From: Bdellovibrionota bacterium FG-2
GTDB taxonomy: Bacteria > Bdellovibrionota > UBA1018
Assembly: GCA_051382305.1 (NCBI GenBank)
Contig: JBBCAV010000115.1
Span: forward strand, 1-48,839
Length of the DNA: 48,839 nt
Direction of reading: 5' to 3'
Of the stretch, positions 20,045-29,691 are shown piece by piece; the first letter of the stretch is position 1, and the number at the start of each line of letters is the position of its first letter. The position numbers were made by a program, and so were the translations under genes. The notes under the pieces were generated by a model. That model was not told the origin of the DNA. It did not search any database and was given only the letters and a program-made list of their open reading frames with translations.

Positions 20045-20554
20045 TCCGAAAAGTGCTTTCTCGAGTTTTTTCAGGGTCAAAGCCCTTGGGGCGTATAGGC
20101 CGCGTTCAAGTTCGCTGAGGTGTGAGGCGTCGATTCCTGAGGCCTGAGCAAGCTCATTGAGGGTCCATCCTAAATCCAGACGTCGCATCCGAATATTGAA
20201 CCCATTTTTCCTCAGTTTCTCGTTCTTAGAACTCTGAAATGTAGGTAGCCCACGTCTTTTGATATCTTCAAAATCACCCCGGAATGTATCGTGCTGAAGT
20301 GAAATTGAAAAATCATGCTTCAAACAGGGGCGCAAATGCTTGAAGAAATACACAGCAATTGCCCGACGTTGTTTAGCCGGAAGGTTCGTTCTAATTTCCA
20401 TCCGCACGTGATAGAGATGGTTCCATACATCAACGACTGAACGTCTTCGATCATTTGAGCGAGAAATCTTGATTTTTGAGGCGTTTGGAGAAATATGTTT
20501 TTTGGAGGTCATAGCAATTGTATGAGCAAGAACTGGACCGAAGTAGTTTCCCAT
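20018..20554 (-). CDS. XRE-family HTH transcriptional regulator with N-terminal extension
   Basis: C-terminal IRMRRLDLGWTLNELAQASGIDASHLSELERGLYAPRALTLKKLEKAL is a Cro/C1 HTH; start uncertain (alternative ATG 20512). Confidence 0.85.
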   Translation of the reverse strand: MGNYFGPVLAHTIAMTSKKHISPNASKIKISRSNDRRRSVVDVWNHLYHVRMEIRTNLPAKQRRAIAVYFFKHLRPCLKHDFSISLQHDTFRGDFEDIKRRGLPTFQSSKNEKLRKNGFNIRMRRLDLGWTLNELAQASGIDASHLSELERGLYAPRALTLKKLEKALFGFPSIPEFG

Positions 20555-20576
20555 CTATTCCGGAAATTGGATAATG
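20548..20576. repeat. Right copy of 29-bp imperfect inverted repeat flanking the XRE ORF
   Basis: TTCCCATCTATTCCGGAAATTGGATAATG. Confidence 0.9.
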
Positions 20577-20615
20577 AATTTCCGAAGAAACTTCGAAAAA
20601 TGCAAGAAGGAGCGC

Positions 20616-21212
20616 ATGTCGACCCCCAATGCTTTTGAATCCGGAAAAAGAAAGGCGATTCCTGCCGTTCGTATATACGTTCGGCACCGGGGACACGTCC
20701 TCATGCTTCATCGCGTGGCCCCTGATCCTCCTGAGGATTTTCACGCTGGAAAATGGAACGGCCTTGGCGGAAAATCCGATGAAGACGAATCACCCCTTGA
20801 AACCGCGGTGCGGGAACTTCAGGAGGAATCCGGTCTCGCCTTCTCATTGGAGCCGTTTACCCCCTTGGGTGTCCTCCAGTTTCCGAATTTCAAGCCTCAC
20901 AAGGGCGAGGATTGGGTGGCCTGGGTTTTTGCCGTCGATATTGCGCCAGAGACTGATCCGCCGCAACTCGGTCCTTGTTCGGAGGGCAACCTTCATTGGA
21001 TCAAAGACGATGCAGTTTTGGACCTTAATCTCTGGCCGGGTGATCGCCTATTTTGCCGCAGACAAACTCAGTCCAATTGCGGCCATTGCATCAAGTTCAT
21101 TTTTCATATTAGAGGTGACGTCGCGGACGGACTCACCACTCAAGATGCGTTTTTGAAGAGCTGCGATTTGAGTTCGAAAACTCTCGGCCGCAGTCACCGT
21201 ATTGGATGCTAA
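20616..21212 (+). CDS. NUDIX hydrolase (8-oxo-dGTP diphosphatase-like), C-terminus probably replaced
   Basis: GKWNGLGGKSDEDESPLETAVRELQEESGL Nudix box, EGNLHW and LNLWPGD; AAGGAG RBS before ATG 20616. Confidence 0.88.
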   Translation: MSTPNAFESGKRKAIPAVRIYVRHRGHVLMLHRVAPDPPEDFHAGKWNGLGGKSDEDESPLETAVRELQEESGLAFSLEPFTPLGVLQFPNFKPHKGEDWVAWVFAVDIAPETDPPQLGPCSEGNLHWIKDDAVLDLNLWPGDRLFCRRQTQSNCGHCIKFIFHIRGDVADGLTTQDAFLKSCDLSSKTLGRSHRIGC

Positions 21213-22805
21213 AAGCGCGGGGCCCTTTTGAGAAGCAAAGGCATAGAGGTCGGCAATAATTTTGGGATTGCCTGTGGTTTCGGAAGAATAGGTAACCCCC
21301 TCAAGTAAGATTAGGTTCTGATTAAGGAGGGCTAACTTGCTTGGGCTAAAGGCGGTCTTGGTTTTGTAACAAGCATGGAAAGCTTCACAGTTCGCAAGCC
21401 AAATGGTTTGTAGTGTTTTGATCTCGTCAGTGAGCAGGGTGAAGTTTGCGAGATCCTGCACTTCGTCCGCGGTCTTCGCGTTAGCAGTAATAACCTTGGC
21501 AAGTGTCCCTAGCTGAGAGGCGCTCGGAAGTTGGGCCTTTGTCCAAGAAGTCGTGTGATCGAGAGATCCTAAAAGTGAAGAAAAAAGATCGAGAATGCGT
21601 GCCTCACCCGCAGAATCGAGTTTCGCCAGCCGAGCGGTCAACTCCTGGAATTCTGCGCGGATGACTACTCCTAGAACTTCAGTCGTCGCTTTCGTAAATG
21701 CACCAGCCACTTTCGCAGAAGTCGCTGCACCCGCAAGGGCGGCTTGGGCTGCTTCATAGGTGTCGCGATCTGCATGACTAACGACGGCGCGCGGATGCCA
21801 GCCCCAAGCATCGGGAGCAAAGGGCGCTTGGTTTTTCCTCTGCAGCGCGATTTGAAAATCCGTACGAGACCCTGTTGGATGTGTGAGATTGGCAGACGTT
21901 TCAAGATCCGAAACTTCTCGAAGCGCTGCTTGCGTGACGTCCAGGATCGAAGTCTGGGCCACATCGAAGTCAGCACTAAAGACCTTCGGTTCCCATATGC
22001 ATTCAGATTGCCTCGAATTGCATCCCAGTTTTTCAGAGACAGAACTTACAAAACCCTTGGCAAATTTCGGAGGAAAACTTTCTTTTGCCCCAAGGCTGAA
22101 AATAGGGGATAAATCTTTTGGCCTGGGGGCCGCGTATTTTCCAAGCTCACTATAGATTTTGAAGTTTGAAAGCATCGTAAATTGGCCGCCTAGATCGTCG
22201 CTCGCACTTCCGAGGGTTTCATCAAACGCAAGATCTTTATCGAAGGCTTCAACGTGCAGACCCTGTAGTGCGACATGAATGCGCACATCTGTCGTGAGCT
22301 GAAACTTTGCAACGTCTTGAATCGAAATCTCATAGCTAGGCGAAATTTGTTCCACTTCTGCTTTATCTTTCGCAAGAAGGAGTTTCGCTTTCGCATCTGC
22401 TTTGTACCAACGGTAGAGTTCAGTTGTCGCTCCACCTATCAAGTCGCTTTTGAAAGTGGCAAGTGTGGGGGAAAGGAGCTCCGCATTGATTCCGAAGCTA
22501 TTGTGTCCTGAAAAAAGAAGGCTCACCGGTTGGTTGCCATCCAGGACTTTGACTTCCGCAAACCACCAGGCGTCTTGAGAATAGATCTTGGCTTCAGGTT
22601 TTGTCCCACTTGAGACGGGGTAGTAGTCTTCTAGCGGAGTCGTTGTGGGATAAATGGTTTCGGCGGGTGTGACTTGATCCGAGGGCGTTTCAGTGATGTT
22701 CAATTTTTCGGGAATCGCATTTTTTGAGACGCCACATGCGCTGGATCCCAGCACTAATAGCCCCGTGAGAATGAATGCTTTTTGACTGATTCTGTGATTG
22801 CCCAT
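21048..22805 (-). CDS. Hypothetical lipoprotein
   Basis: 585-aa ORF with lipoprotein-like signal LLVLGSSAC; no recognisable domain. Confidence 0.75.
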   Translation of the reverse strand: MGNHRISQKAFILTGLLVLGSSACGVSKNAIPEKLNITETPSDQVTPAETIYPTTTPLEDYYPVSSGTKPEAKIYSQDAWWFAEVKVLDGNQPVSLLFSGHNSFGINAELLSPTLATFKSDLIGGATTELYRWYKADAKAKLLLAKDKAEVEQISPSYEISIQDVAKFQLTTDVRIHVALQGLHVEAFDKDLAFDETLGSASDDLGGQFTMLSNFKIYSELGKYAAPRPKDLSPIFSLGAKESFPPKFAKGFVSSVSEKLGCNSRQSECIWEPKVFSADFDVAQTSILDVTQAALREVSDLETSANLTHPTGSRTDFQIALQRKNQAPFAPDAWGWHPRAVVSHADRDTYEAAQAALAGAATSAKVAGAFTKATTEVLGVVIRAEFQELTARLAKLDSAGEARILDLFSSLLGSLDHTTSWTKAQLPSASQLGTLAKVITANAKTADEVQDLANFTLLTDEIKTLQTIWLANCEAFHACYKTKTAFSPSKLALLNQNLILLEGVTYSSETTGNPKIIADLYAFASQKGPALLASNTVTAAESFRTQIAALQKRILSGESVRDVTSNMKNELDAMAAIGLSLSAAK

Positions 22806-22973
22806 ACTCTTTTTCTCTCTCTTAACACAGGGTATTCAAGTACGATGCCAGGTTTGAGCTGGAGCACGAACACTTACAAAAAATGCGGACATCTCGTTGA
22901 GAAGAGAGAGAAAAAACGGGCGAACAAATTTATCCTGCCTTGCGGAGGAACCCTGTGTCCGCGCTAACCCTGT

Positions 22974-24647
22974 CTAAGGTTTTGACAGCTGCCTGGTGAG
23001 CTCAGCATTGATTGCGGCCGCATAGGGCGCGAAACCTTGCGTAAAATCCTCACTCGTCATTTCATACAGGACGTCAGGCTTCACCCCGAGATTTTCAATG
23101 GGGTTGCCATCCACACGCTCTGCGATGGAGGCTGTGACCCGAAAAGAGTCGATGCCGAGATTATTGGGAATCTGAACATCATAGACGTAGCCGCCGGCGC
23201 CCGCTGTTTGGGAACCCATGACGGTGACTCGTTTATTGTCTTGTAGGATGGCAGGCAAGAAGTCTCCGCCTGAGAAGTCGAGGTGATTGGTGAGAAACAA
23301 AATGGGTTTCGTATAATGAGACTGCGAGGGATTGATGTGGTCCACTCCGCCGATCCAATAAGGATGGGTGAGTTTTCGGCCGGCCGTCCACTCGCTTACG
23401 ATAAACTGAGCGTAACTCAAATAAAAACGCGCGAACTCATAAGAGGCGGGGTATCCGTTGAGTTCCCCTTTGAAAAGAGTCTGGGCTTCAGCATCAGTTT
23501 TCACATTAGCGAGTTTGCCGATGATATCGAGTGCTTCCGCCACATCAGCCTGAGTCACGGACATGCGATGAAGCGGGGTCTTAAGCGGTGCCGGGCTGAG
23601 CATTGAGGCCAGCGCGTAGAGGTAGAAAACGGAGCCGCCCGGGTTATTGATCTGATCAATGACCATTGCGTCGGTCGTGGATTCGAAAAGTTCCATGGTT
23701 TTCGCAAATTCTTCGATCGCCAAATCGTAATCCTCTTGTTCATAAGAGGAGATGCGAATGTAGCCCACGAGTTTGCGCTCGGGCGTTTGAAAGATGTAAG
23801 CATGGTAGAAGTCGTCTATTGAACTTTGCCAAATCTTTTTCCCCAGGGTCGGCGTGCAAGGTTTTCTTGCTCCGAGGTCAAAAGGAGTTTCGGCGTTGGA
23901 AATCGCGCTGAGTTGGGCGTTCATTTGTGGATGAAAAAGACCGTGGCGCGCAGACAAGGCGCTCGACACGAGATTGTGCCGAGGCGCAATTTTCTCGGGG
24001 GTGTAGTCCCAAATCATCTCGATCAATGACACTTCGTTGGCGCCATTGCGTTTGATTCCCAAAGTGACGGGTCCTTGAGGGACCTGGATGCCGCGTGAGG
24101 CTCTGCGACGAAAAAACGTCGCCTCCGCTAGCGCTTTGTCGGTGGCGGGCACGTTGGCAGGAGTTTCGGCCTGGAGGGCCGCCAGCTCTGCAAGGGCGGA
24201 TTTTCCATTCACCGAAATCAACTCGTCGCCTTCTGAAAAAGGGAAGGTGCTCTGGGGAAGTTTTGCGCGATCAATGTTAACGAGATAGAGGTTCTTGTCG
24301 GTGCCTCGAACAGTGAGGGGCAGGGTGGCCGCCTCGGTCGTGACAAACGAAATACTGGTGTGATAGTCTTTCATCGCATAAATGAAATTCTTAAAAATGG
24401 TTCTAGAATCTGCCAGGCTCAACTCAGGGCGACTTTGAACCGCGTCAATGGCGTTTTTAAACTCCGTATCAAGATCATAAGAGGCGAACTGTTTTTTCCA
24501 GGCGGCAGGCGCGTATTGGGTTCTATAGACGCTCTTCATTCCGTAGAGATAAGTTGTGACGTCGTCGTTTAAAGAGTCAGAAGCGTGAGCCTGATTGTGA
24601 GCCTGAAATGACGCGAAAGTAAGTGCGATTGCAAAAAGTGTTTTCAT
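22974..24647 (-). CDS. CPAF-like S41 serine protease
   Basis: YAPAAWKK, DYHTSISF, DQINNPGGSVFYLYALASML, DFSGGDFLPAILQDN, TAGAGG and IENLGVKPD motifs; signal peptide. Confidence 0.88.
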   Translation of the reverse strand: MKTLFAIALTFASFQAHNQAHASDSLNDDVTTYLYGMKSVYRTQYAPAAWKKQFASYDLDTEFKNAIDAVQSRPELSLADSRTIFKNFIYAMKDYHTSISFVTTEAATLPLTVRGTDKNLYLVNIDRAKLPQSTFPFSEGDELISVNGKSALAELAALQAETPANVPATDKALAEATFFRRRASRGIQVPQGPVTLGIKRNGANEVSLIEMIWDYTPEKIAPRHNLVSSALSARHGLFHPQMNAQLSAISNAETPFDLGARKPCTPTLGKKIWQSSIDDFYHAYIFQTPERKLVGYIRISSYEQEDYDLAIEEFAKTMELFESTTDAMVIDQINNPGGSVFYLYALASMLSPAPLKTPLHRMSVTQADVAEALDIIGKLANVKTDAEAQTLFKGELNGYPASYEFARFYLSYAQFIVSEWTAGRKLTHPYWIGGVDHINPSQSHYTKPILFLTNHLDFSGGDFLPAILQDNKRVTVMGSQTAGAGGYVYDVQIPNNLGIDSFRVTASIAERVDGNPIENLGVKPDVLYEMTSEDFTQGFAPYAAAINAELTRQLSKP

Positions 24648-24702
24648 GGGCGGAACCTAGCAAAGCAAAGGAGGGTTGGCAAGTGGGGGGGGAGGGCTTA
24701 AG

Positions 24703-25605
24703 ATGGAACAGATTATGACTGGGTGTCCTGTAATTTCTTTTGTCAATCATTCTTATCACTTCTTAAAAAGTGGCGAAGGAAATCCTCGTTACCTCCTGCT
24801 TCACGCCAATGGCTTCAACGGGGGGACTTACCAGCGGCTCCTCAATTGTTTGGGTGAAGGCACTTGGCTTGCGCCGGACTTCAGGGGTCATGGGCAATCC
24901 TATGATCCGGGGCATATTCACTCGTGGGACGATTTGGTGGAGGATCTCGCGCGGTGGCAGAACGACAAACTTTTTGATCGACCGATTGCGATTGGGCATT
25001 CGCTCGGCGGGATTTCTGCACTTTTATTTGAGGCTGCTCACCCTGGCTCTTGCGCTGGGATTGTGCTCTTGGACCCCGTGCTTTTTAATTGGCCGACGCA
25101 AGTTGTTTTGTGGCTCTTGGAGAGCCGACTCTTTCGGCGATGGCATCCGATGGTGAACCTTACACTTTCCAGGCGTGAGGAATTTCCTGACGTTGAGACG
25201 TTGAAGAAAATCTATTCGCGAAAACCCGCCTTCAGGACGTGGCAGTCCGAGGTGTTGGACGATTATCTAAAATGGGGAACGCGGCCCGCGAATGGGGCAA
25301 ACGGTGGAATTCGTCTGAGCTGTCGCAAAGAAATCGAAGCGGAGATTTTCGCAAACTGGCCGGATCATGTGTGGAAGGCTTTGAAGAATGTTCAATGCCC
25401 GGTCTTGCTTTTACGAGGAGCCGAGAGCCGAACTTTTGTGCCTCAAGCGATGCGCGCGGCTTTGCGCCGTCTCCCGCAGGCTCATGGAATGAATGTTGAA
25501 GGCGGCGGACATTTTTTGCCCATGGAGCAGCCTGAGAAGGTTGCGCAAGCGATTCAAGACTGGGAAAAAACATTAACAGGCAGTATAAAGGAGCACTTGA
25601 AATGA
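24703..25605 (+). CDS. Alpha/beta hydrolase
   Basis: LLHANG, DFRGHGQS, GHSLGG nucleophile elbow, LLDP and GHFLPME motifs. Confidence 0.92.
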   Translation: MEQIMTGCPVISFVNHSYHFLKSGEGNPRYLLLHANGFNGGTYQRLLNCLGEGTWLAPDFRGHGQSYDPGHIHSWDDLVEDLARWQNDKLFDRPIAIGHSLGGISALLFEAAHPGSCAGIVLLDPVLFNWPTQVVLWLLESRLFRRWHPMVNLTLSRREEFPDVETLKKIYSRKPAFRTWQSEVLDDYLKWGTRPANGANGGIRLSCRKEIEAEIFANWPDHVWKALKNVQCPVLLLRGAESRTFVPQAMRAALRRLPQAHGMNVEGGGHFLPMEQPEKVAQAIQDWEKTLTGSIKEHLK

Positions 25606-27032
25606 AATTAGAATCTCGACTTGAGCGCGGCGTATTTTGCAATCGAACTCTCAACTTCAGAGCAATCAAAGCCATAGGCTACGACATGGATTACACGCTT
25701 GTGCAATACCGCGAAAACGAATGGGAACAGCGCGCCTATGAATACATCAAGCAGCAGCTCATGTCGCGCAACTGGCCGGTGGCGCATTTGAAGTTTGATC
25801 CTCAAATGGTGTGTCGGGGGTTGATCATCGATACGGAGCAAGGGAACTTGGTAAAAGCCAATCGCTTTGGTTTTGTCAAACGCGTGATGCACGGAACTCG
25901 GCTTGCGAATTTTGATGAACAGCGCACTTTGTATTCGCGCACGATTGTGGATTTGTCAGATACCCGCTGGGTGTTTCTTAATACGCTTTTTTCGCTTTCG
26001 GAGGGCTGTATCTATGCGCAATTGGTGGATCTCTTGGATCAAAGAAAAATTCCGGAAGTGCTGGGGTACTCCGACCTATATGAGCAGGTGCGGGGCATCT
26101 TGGATCACACGCACATGGAGGGGAGCTTAAAGGCTGACATAATCGCAGATCCGGAGCGGTTTGTGATTTTGGATCCCGAGATTCCGCGCGCGCTTTTGGA
26201 TCAACATCAGGCAGGCAAGAAGCTCATGCTCATCACGAACTCTGAGTGGTTTTACACGGTCGCGATGATGACTTATTGCTTTGACCGGTTCTTACCCGGA
26301 GGTACGACCTGGCGTGATCTGTTTGATGTGACGATTGTCGGCGCGCGCAAGCCGAAGTTTTTTATTAACCAGAATCCTTTTTTTGAAGTCGTCGATGAGG
26401 CCGGACATCTTTTGCCGGTCTCGACGGTGGGGCTGAAGACTAAGACTGCTTATTTTGGAGGGAGTGCTTCAGAGCTTGAAAAGCACTTAGGGATTTCGGG
26501 AGATGAAATCCTCTATGTGGGCGATCATATGTTCGGGGACGTTCATGCGAGCAAGAACGTGTTGCGCTGGCGCACGGCGCTCATCTTGCGTGAACTCGAA
26601 GAAGAGATCCGCGATTGCGAGGCGTTTCGCGAAGCGGAAAGTAAACTTAAAGCGCTCATGAATGAGAAGGAGCGCATTGAAGCGCAAGTGTGCCAATTAC
26701 GACTAGAAATGCAAAGGCTCAGATCGGCTGGCGGGGCGCAAGCGGCGGAGCAAGCTGCGGCCGACGCAGCAATACAGAAACAGCAAGCAGAACTTCGGGC
26801 TGTCATTGATAAGCTTGATCATGAGATTTCGCCTTTGGCGCAGGCCTCAACGGAACTTCGCAGTCCTTTGTGGGGGTTGCTTATGCGCACGGGCAATGAC
26901 AAGAGTCATCTCGCCTATCAGTTAGAGCGATATGCGGATCTTTATACGTCGCGGGTTTCAAATTTCCTTAGCGTGACTCCCTATGCCTATTTGCGCTCCC
27001 CGCGTGGGAGCTTGCCCCATGATCCGATTTAA
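25602..27032 (+). CDS. HAD-IG family 5'-nucleotidase (cN-II type)
   Basis: GYDMDYTL, LITNS, ARKP, YVGDHMFGDV and RYADLYTS motifs. Confidence 0.93.
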   Translation: MKLESRLERGVFCNRTLNFRAIKAIGYDMDYTLVQYRENEWEQRAYEYIKQQLMSRNWPVAHLKFDPQMVCRGLIIDTEQGNLVKANRFGFVKRVMHGTRLANFDEQRTLYSRTIVDLSDTRWVFLNTLFSLSEGCIYAQLVDLLDQRKIPEVLGYSDLYEQVRGILDHTHMEGSLKADIIADPERFVILDPEIPRALLDQHQAGKKLMLITNSEWFYTVAMMTYCFDRFLPGGTTWRDLFDVTIVGARKPKFFINQNPFFEVVDEAGHLLPVSTVGLKTKTAYFGGSASELEKHLGISGDEILYVGDHMFGDVHASKNVLRWRTALILRELEEEIRDCEAFREAESKLKALMNEKERIEAQVCQLRLEMQRLRSAGGAQAAEQAAADAAIQKQQAELRAVIDKLDHEISPLAQASTELRSPLWGLLMRTGNDKSHLAYQLERYADLYTSRVSNFLSVTPYAYLRSPRGSLPHDPI

Positions 27033-27083
27033 CTCGCTGCGCAGGCGCTTGCTTTCTTGCTATTTCAGTAGTTAAATTAAGGC

Positions 27084-28412
27084 ATGAAAAACTTGTTTAA
27101 AGGATGGGGTGTTTTTCTTGCTGTTCTCTTCGCCCTGGCGGCGCAATCCCCTCAGGCATTTGCCTTTGGGTATGAGGGATCCTCGGGCTGGAGTGGTCGA
27201 AGTGGACACTCAGGAGATTCGGGCCCTGATTTAACGGTTTTCGCAGATGGATCCTCCGGAATTTATAATCTCTCGGGAGCGGATGGATCCGATGGCGAAG
27301 ACGGAATGCCTGGTCAAGATGCGGGAGGTTGCTATCCTGAGCACCGGCCTCACTACAATATCTGGGGTGCCAGTGGCGGCGATGGTGGGCGAGGGGGCTC
27401 CGGTGGTAACGGTGGAAGTGGCGGCGACATCACCATTTATTTTGAAAAGTTCGAGGATCTTAAAAAAATCGGGATTGTTTCGAAAGCGGGCCGTGCGGGC
27501 AGAGCCGGTCGTGGCACTCAAGGGGGCCGGCCTTGTTCGTGTTTTGAAGGCCTGTGGACCGTCACTCAGTGCAACAATCAGGGACTCAATTGCGGTCAGA
27601 TCACTTACAGTTGCACGAATGGTCGCATGGGATATGACGGCGCGGACGGAGTGCCCGGGGTTTCAGGCTCCCAAGGTTCGGCGATTTTGATTAAGAGTAA
27701 TTCAGCCCTGTTGCCTACTACTCAAAGTGGGTATTTTCCCTTGGGTACCTTGGGGATGGGAAGAGAAATTACGCTATCTGAAAATCTTTGGAGCTCGCAG
27801 GGCGGTGCCTTAGGGTTATTCGCCCCAGGTTCGGCGCTGTCGGATGTCTATTCTTTTTTCGAGGGTCGGGTGGCGCGCAAGGCCCAGGTCGTTTGGAATG
27901 CGGACCGTCCCTCTAGTGATTTTTCCGGTGAGACGATTTCGGCTTACTTAGGGGGCGGGAAAGTCCGTTTTGCTGTGCCTTCGAGCTTATGGGCGGAGAC
28001 TGCGCAAGTCGATCAGGGCGAAGGCAGCTCACTGAGTGTTTCTAAAGCTTTCAAAGAAGAGGAAATCGGGCAGGTCACATTGCAGGCGTTGGAGGGGCGA
28101 GAGGCTAATTTGGTTCTAAAATTCGAAGATCAGCAGGGCATTTCGAGTTTGGTGAAGACGCGCGTTCATCTTGAAATTGCAGTGAAGCATCTGCTGGTTT
28201 TCTATTCGACCCGTTTCAAGGGCGACGTTCCTGCTCAGTTTGTAAGCAGTGATGGCAAACAAATTGAAGTCGAGCTTGGAAAATTGATTCCTAATGCTTC
28301 AAAGTGGCTCAAAGAGGGCAAAAAGGTTCGTATTCGCGCAACACTTACGCGCTCTTTTGGTGGGCGCTCCATTGAAGTGCCTCTTGCACAAGTGAAGAAA
28401 GTAGTTCCTTAA
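27084..28412 (+). CDS. Secreted glycine-rich collagen-like protein
   Basis: Signal peptide ending AFA; interrupted GxxGxxG runs; Cys-containing insert; globular C-terminus. Confidence 0.75.
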   Translation: MKNLFKGWGVFLAVLFALAAQSPQAFAFGYEGSSGWSGRSGHSGDSGPDLTVFADGSSGIYNLSGADGSDGEDGMPGQDAGGCYPEHRPHYNIWGASGGDGGRGGSGGNGGSGGDITIYFEKFEDLKKIGIVSKAGRAGRAGRGTQGGRPCSCFEGLWTVTQCNNQGLNCGQITYSCTNGRMGYDGADGVPGVSGSQGSAILIKSNSALLPTTQSGYFPLGTLGMGREITLSENLWSSQGGALGLFAPGSALSDVYSFFEGRVARKAQVVWNADRPSSDFSGETISAYLGGGKVRFAVPSSLWAETAQVDQGEGSSLSVSKAFKEEEIGQVTLQALEGREANLVLKFEDQQGISSLVKTRVHLEIAVKHLLVFYSTRFKGDVPAQFVSSDGKQIEVELGKLIPNASKWLKEGKKVRIRATLTRSFGGRSIEVPLAQVKKVVP

Positions 28413-28508
28413 GAATTCCGGCGGCCGGTTAGCTCGGCAAAATTTTCCCTTCATTAGCGTTCTTGGAACGTTTTAGGCAATCTTGAAATACTCTGGAATA
28501 ATGAATCT

Positions 28509-29129
28509 ATGAGGGTGGGTCTCTTTTTGTCCTTTATTGCCCTGTTGACGGTTGCGGCGTCTGCGGCTTCTTTGCCCCCAGCTCCCGCGAAATCTCGGAT
28601 CGTCGTTGAACGAAGTTTTAAGGTTAGCGTGCGCGATAAGGAGCGTTTGTCGAAGAAGTTTTATATGCAGTTTGGCAGTCTCGTTGAGCCGGAGAACCTT
28701 TCCAGGGATTTGCCTTTTTGTAGTCTCACTTATTCAGAGGATTTTATTGCGGCTGCTGTTCGGTTTCAGCCGATTCTAAAGACCTATGATTTGATCCTTT
28801 GGGAAGGGGAGTACGAAGTCGCCGATAATGCTGTTTTTGAGGCCATCATAGATGTGCCGAGTCCATTGGCAGGAAAGAAGATTTCAGGTGCAGTGGCGCA
28901 AATTAAGACCGGAAACCCTCCGAACGAGATACTCATCGAGTGTGTAAAAGGCGTGGGTTCAAAAGTTCCACCCACCCTTGATGATTGGAACGGCATTTTC
29001 CATCAGACTCTCGTCCTAGACTCTATCGCCGCGCAGGTTGTCCATGGCGATTCTGGGTCGAATGCGTGCTCTGCGAAGGATCGATTGCAGGAGGGCGCGC
29101 CTCTTGCTGCAGGATCGCTCTGGCATTGA
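28509..29129 (+). CDS. Hypothetical exported protein
   Basis: 206-aa ORF with signal peptide. Confidence 0.6.
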   Translation: MRVGLFLSFIALLTVAASAASLPPAPAKSRIVVERSFKVSVRDKERLSKKFYMQFGSLVEPENLSRDLPFCSLTYSEDFIAAAVRFQPILKTYDLILWEGEYEVADNAVFEAIIDVPSPLAGKKISGAVAQIKTGNPPNEILIECVKGVGSKVPPTLDDWNGIFHQTLVLDSIAAQVVHGDSGSNACSAKDRLQEGAPLAAGSLWH

Positions 29130-29691
29130 AGTGTTGAAGACCGTTATCGCGCGGGATCCTCGAGAGTCGTCAAAAATCGAAGCGATCACCCAGTTAGGTT
29201 GGCGCGCGTCGGGCGCGGGCTCTTCAAAATTTGGCCAAGAGGCTTTGCTGGAGATCGATGCAAAGGCTTTAAGTCCATTGGCGTTTGCAGCCTGGGTCCG
29301 TGCCTTGGGATATGCGGCTGAAGATACGGGTGGGAGTGCTCACGATCGGCGCTATTTTGACAAAGTTCAAACCATCGTTTTGGAGGCCGTAAAATCCGAT
29401 GCGCCCAGCACTCAAAAGGCTGCGGTAAAGGCTTTGGTGGGTCTTCTCAGTTTTCATGCGGTTACAGGTCCTCAGCGTGAAGCAGTTCTATATCTGGCGA
29501 AGAAGGGTTCCCTCGAGGCGCAGGGTGAGCTTGCTTGGGAACTGGGTTCGCTCGTTTCACATTTTATGGATCGAAAGATGAGTCTCAAGGAAAAGGCCTG
29601 GCTGACCGAGGTTTTGACTGCGCTGACTCAGTCTCCCGATAGTAGGGCTAAATTTTGGGCAACGAGCTCGCTAGGGCGAATGAAGAAGTAG
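29038..29691 (+). CDS. Hypothetical helical (HEAT-like) protein, possibly the frameshifted continuation of the upstream ORF
   Basis: Amphipathic helical repeats such as LTALTQSPDSRAKFWATSSL; 92-bp overlap with the upstream ORF and no clear RBS. Confidence 0.5.
   Translation: MSMAILGRMRALRRIDCRRARLLLQDRSGIEVLKTVIARDPRESSKIEAITQLGWRASGAGSSKFGQEALLEIDAKALSPLAFAAWVRALGYAAEDTGGSAHDRRYFDKVQTIVLEAVKSDAPSTQKAAVKALVGLLSFHAVTGPQREAVLYLAKKGSLEAQGELAWELGSLVSHFMDRKMSLKEKAWLTEVLTALTQSPDSRAKFWATSSLGRMKK

Noticed and set aside
20629-21156. 175-aa alternate-frame ORF within the NUDIX gene
   Set aside because: The Nudix box lies in the other frame and this ORF has no motifs.
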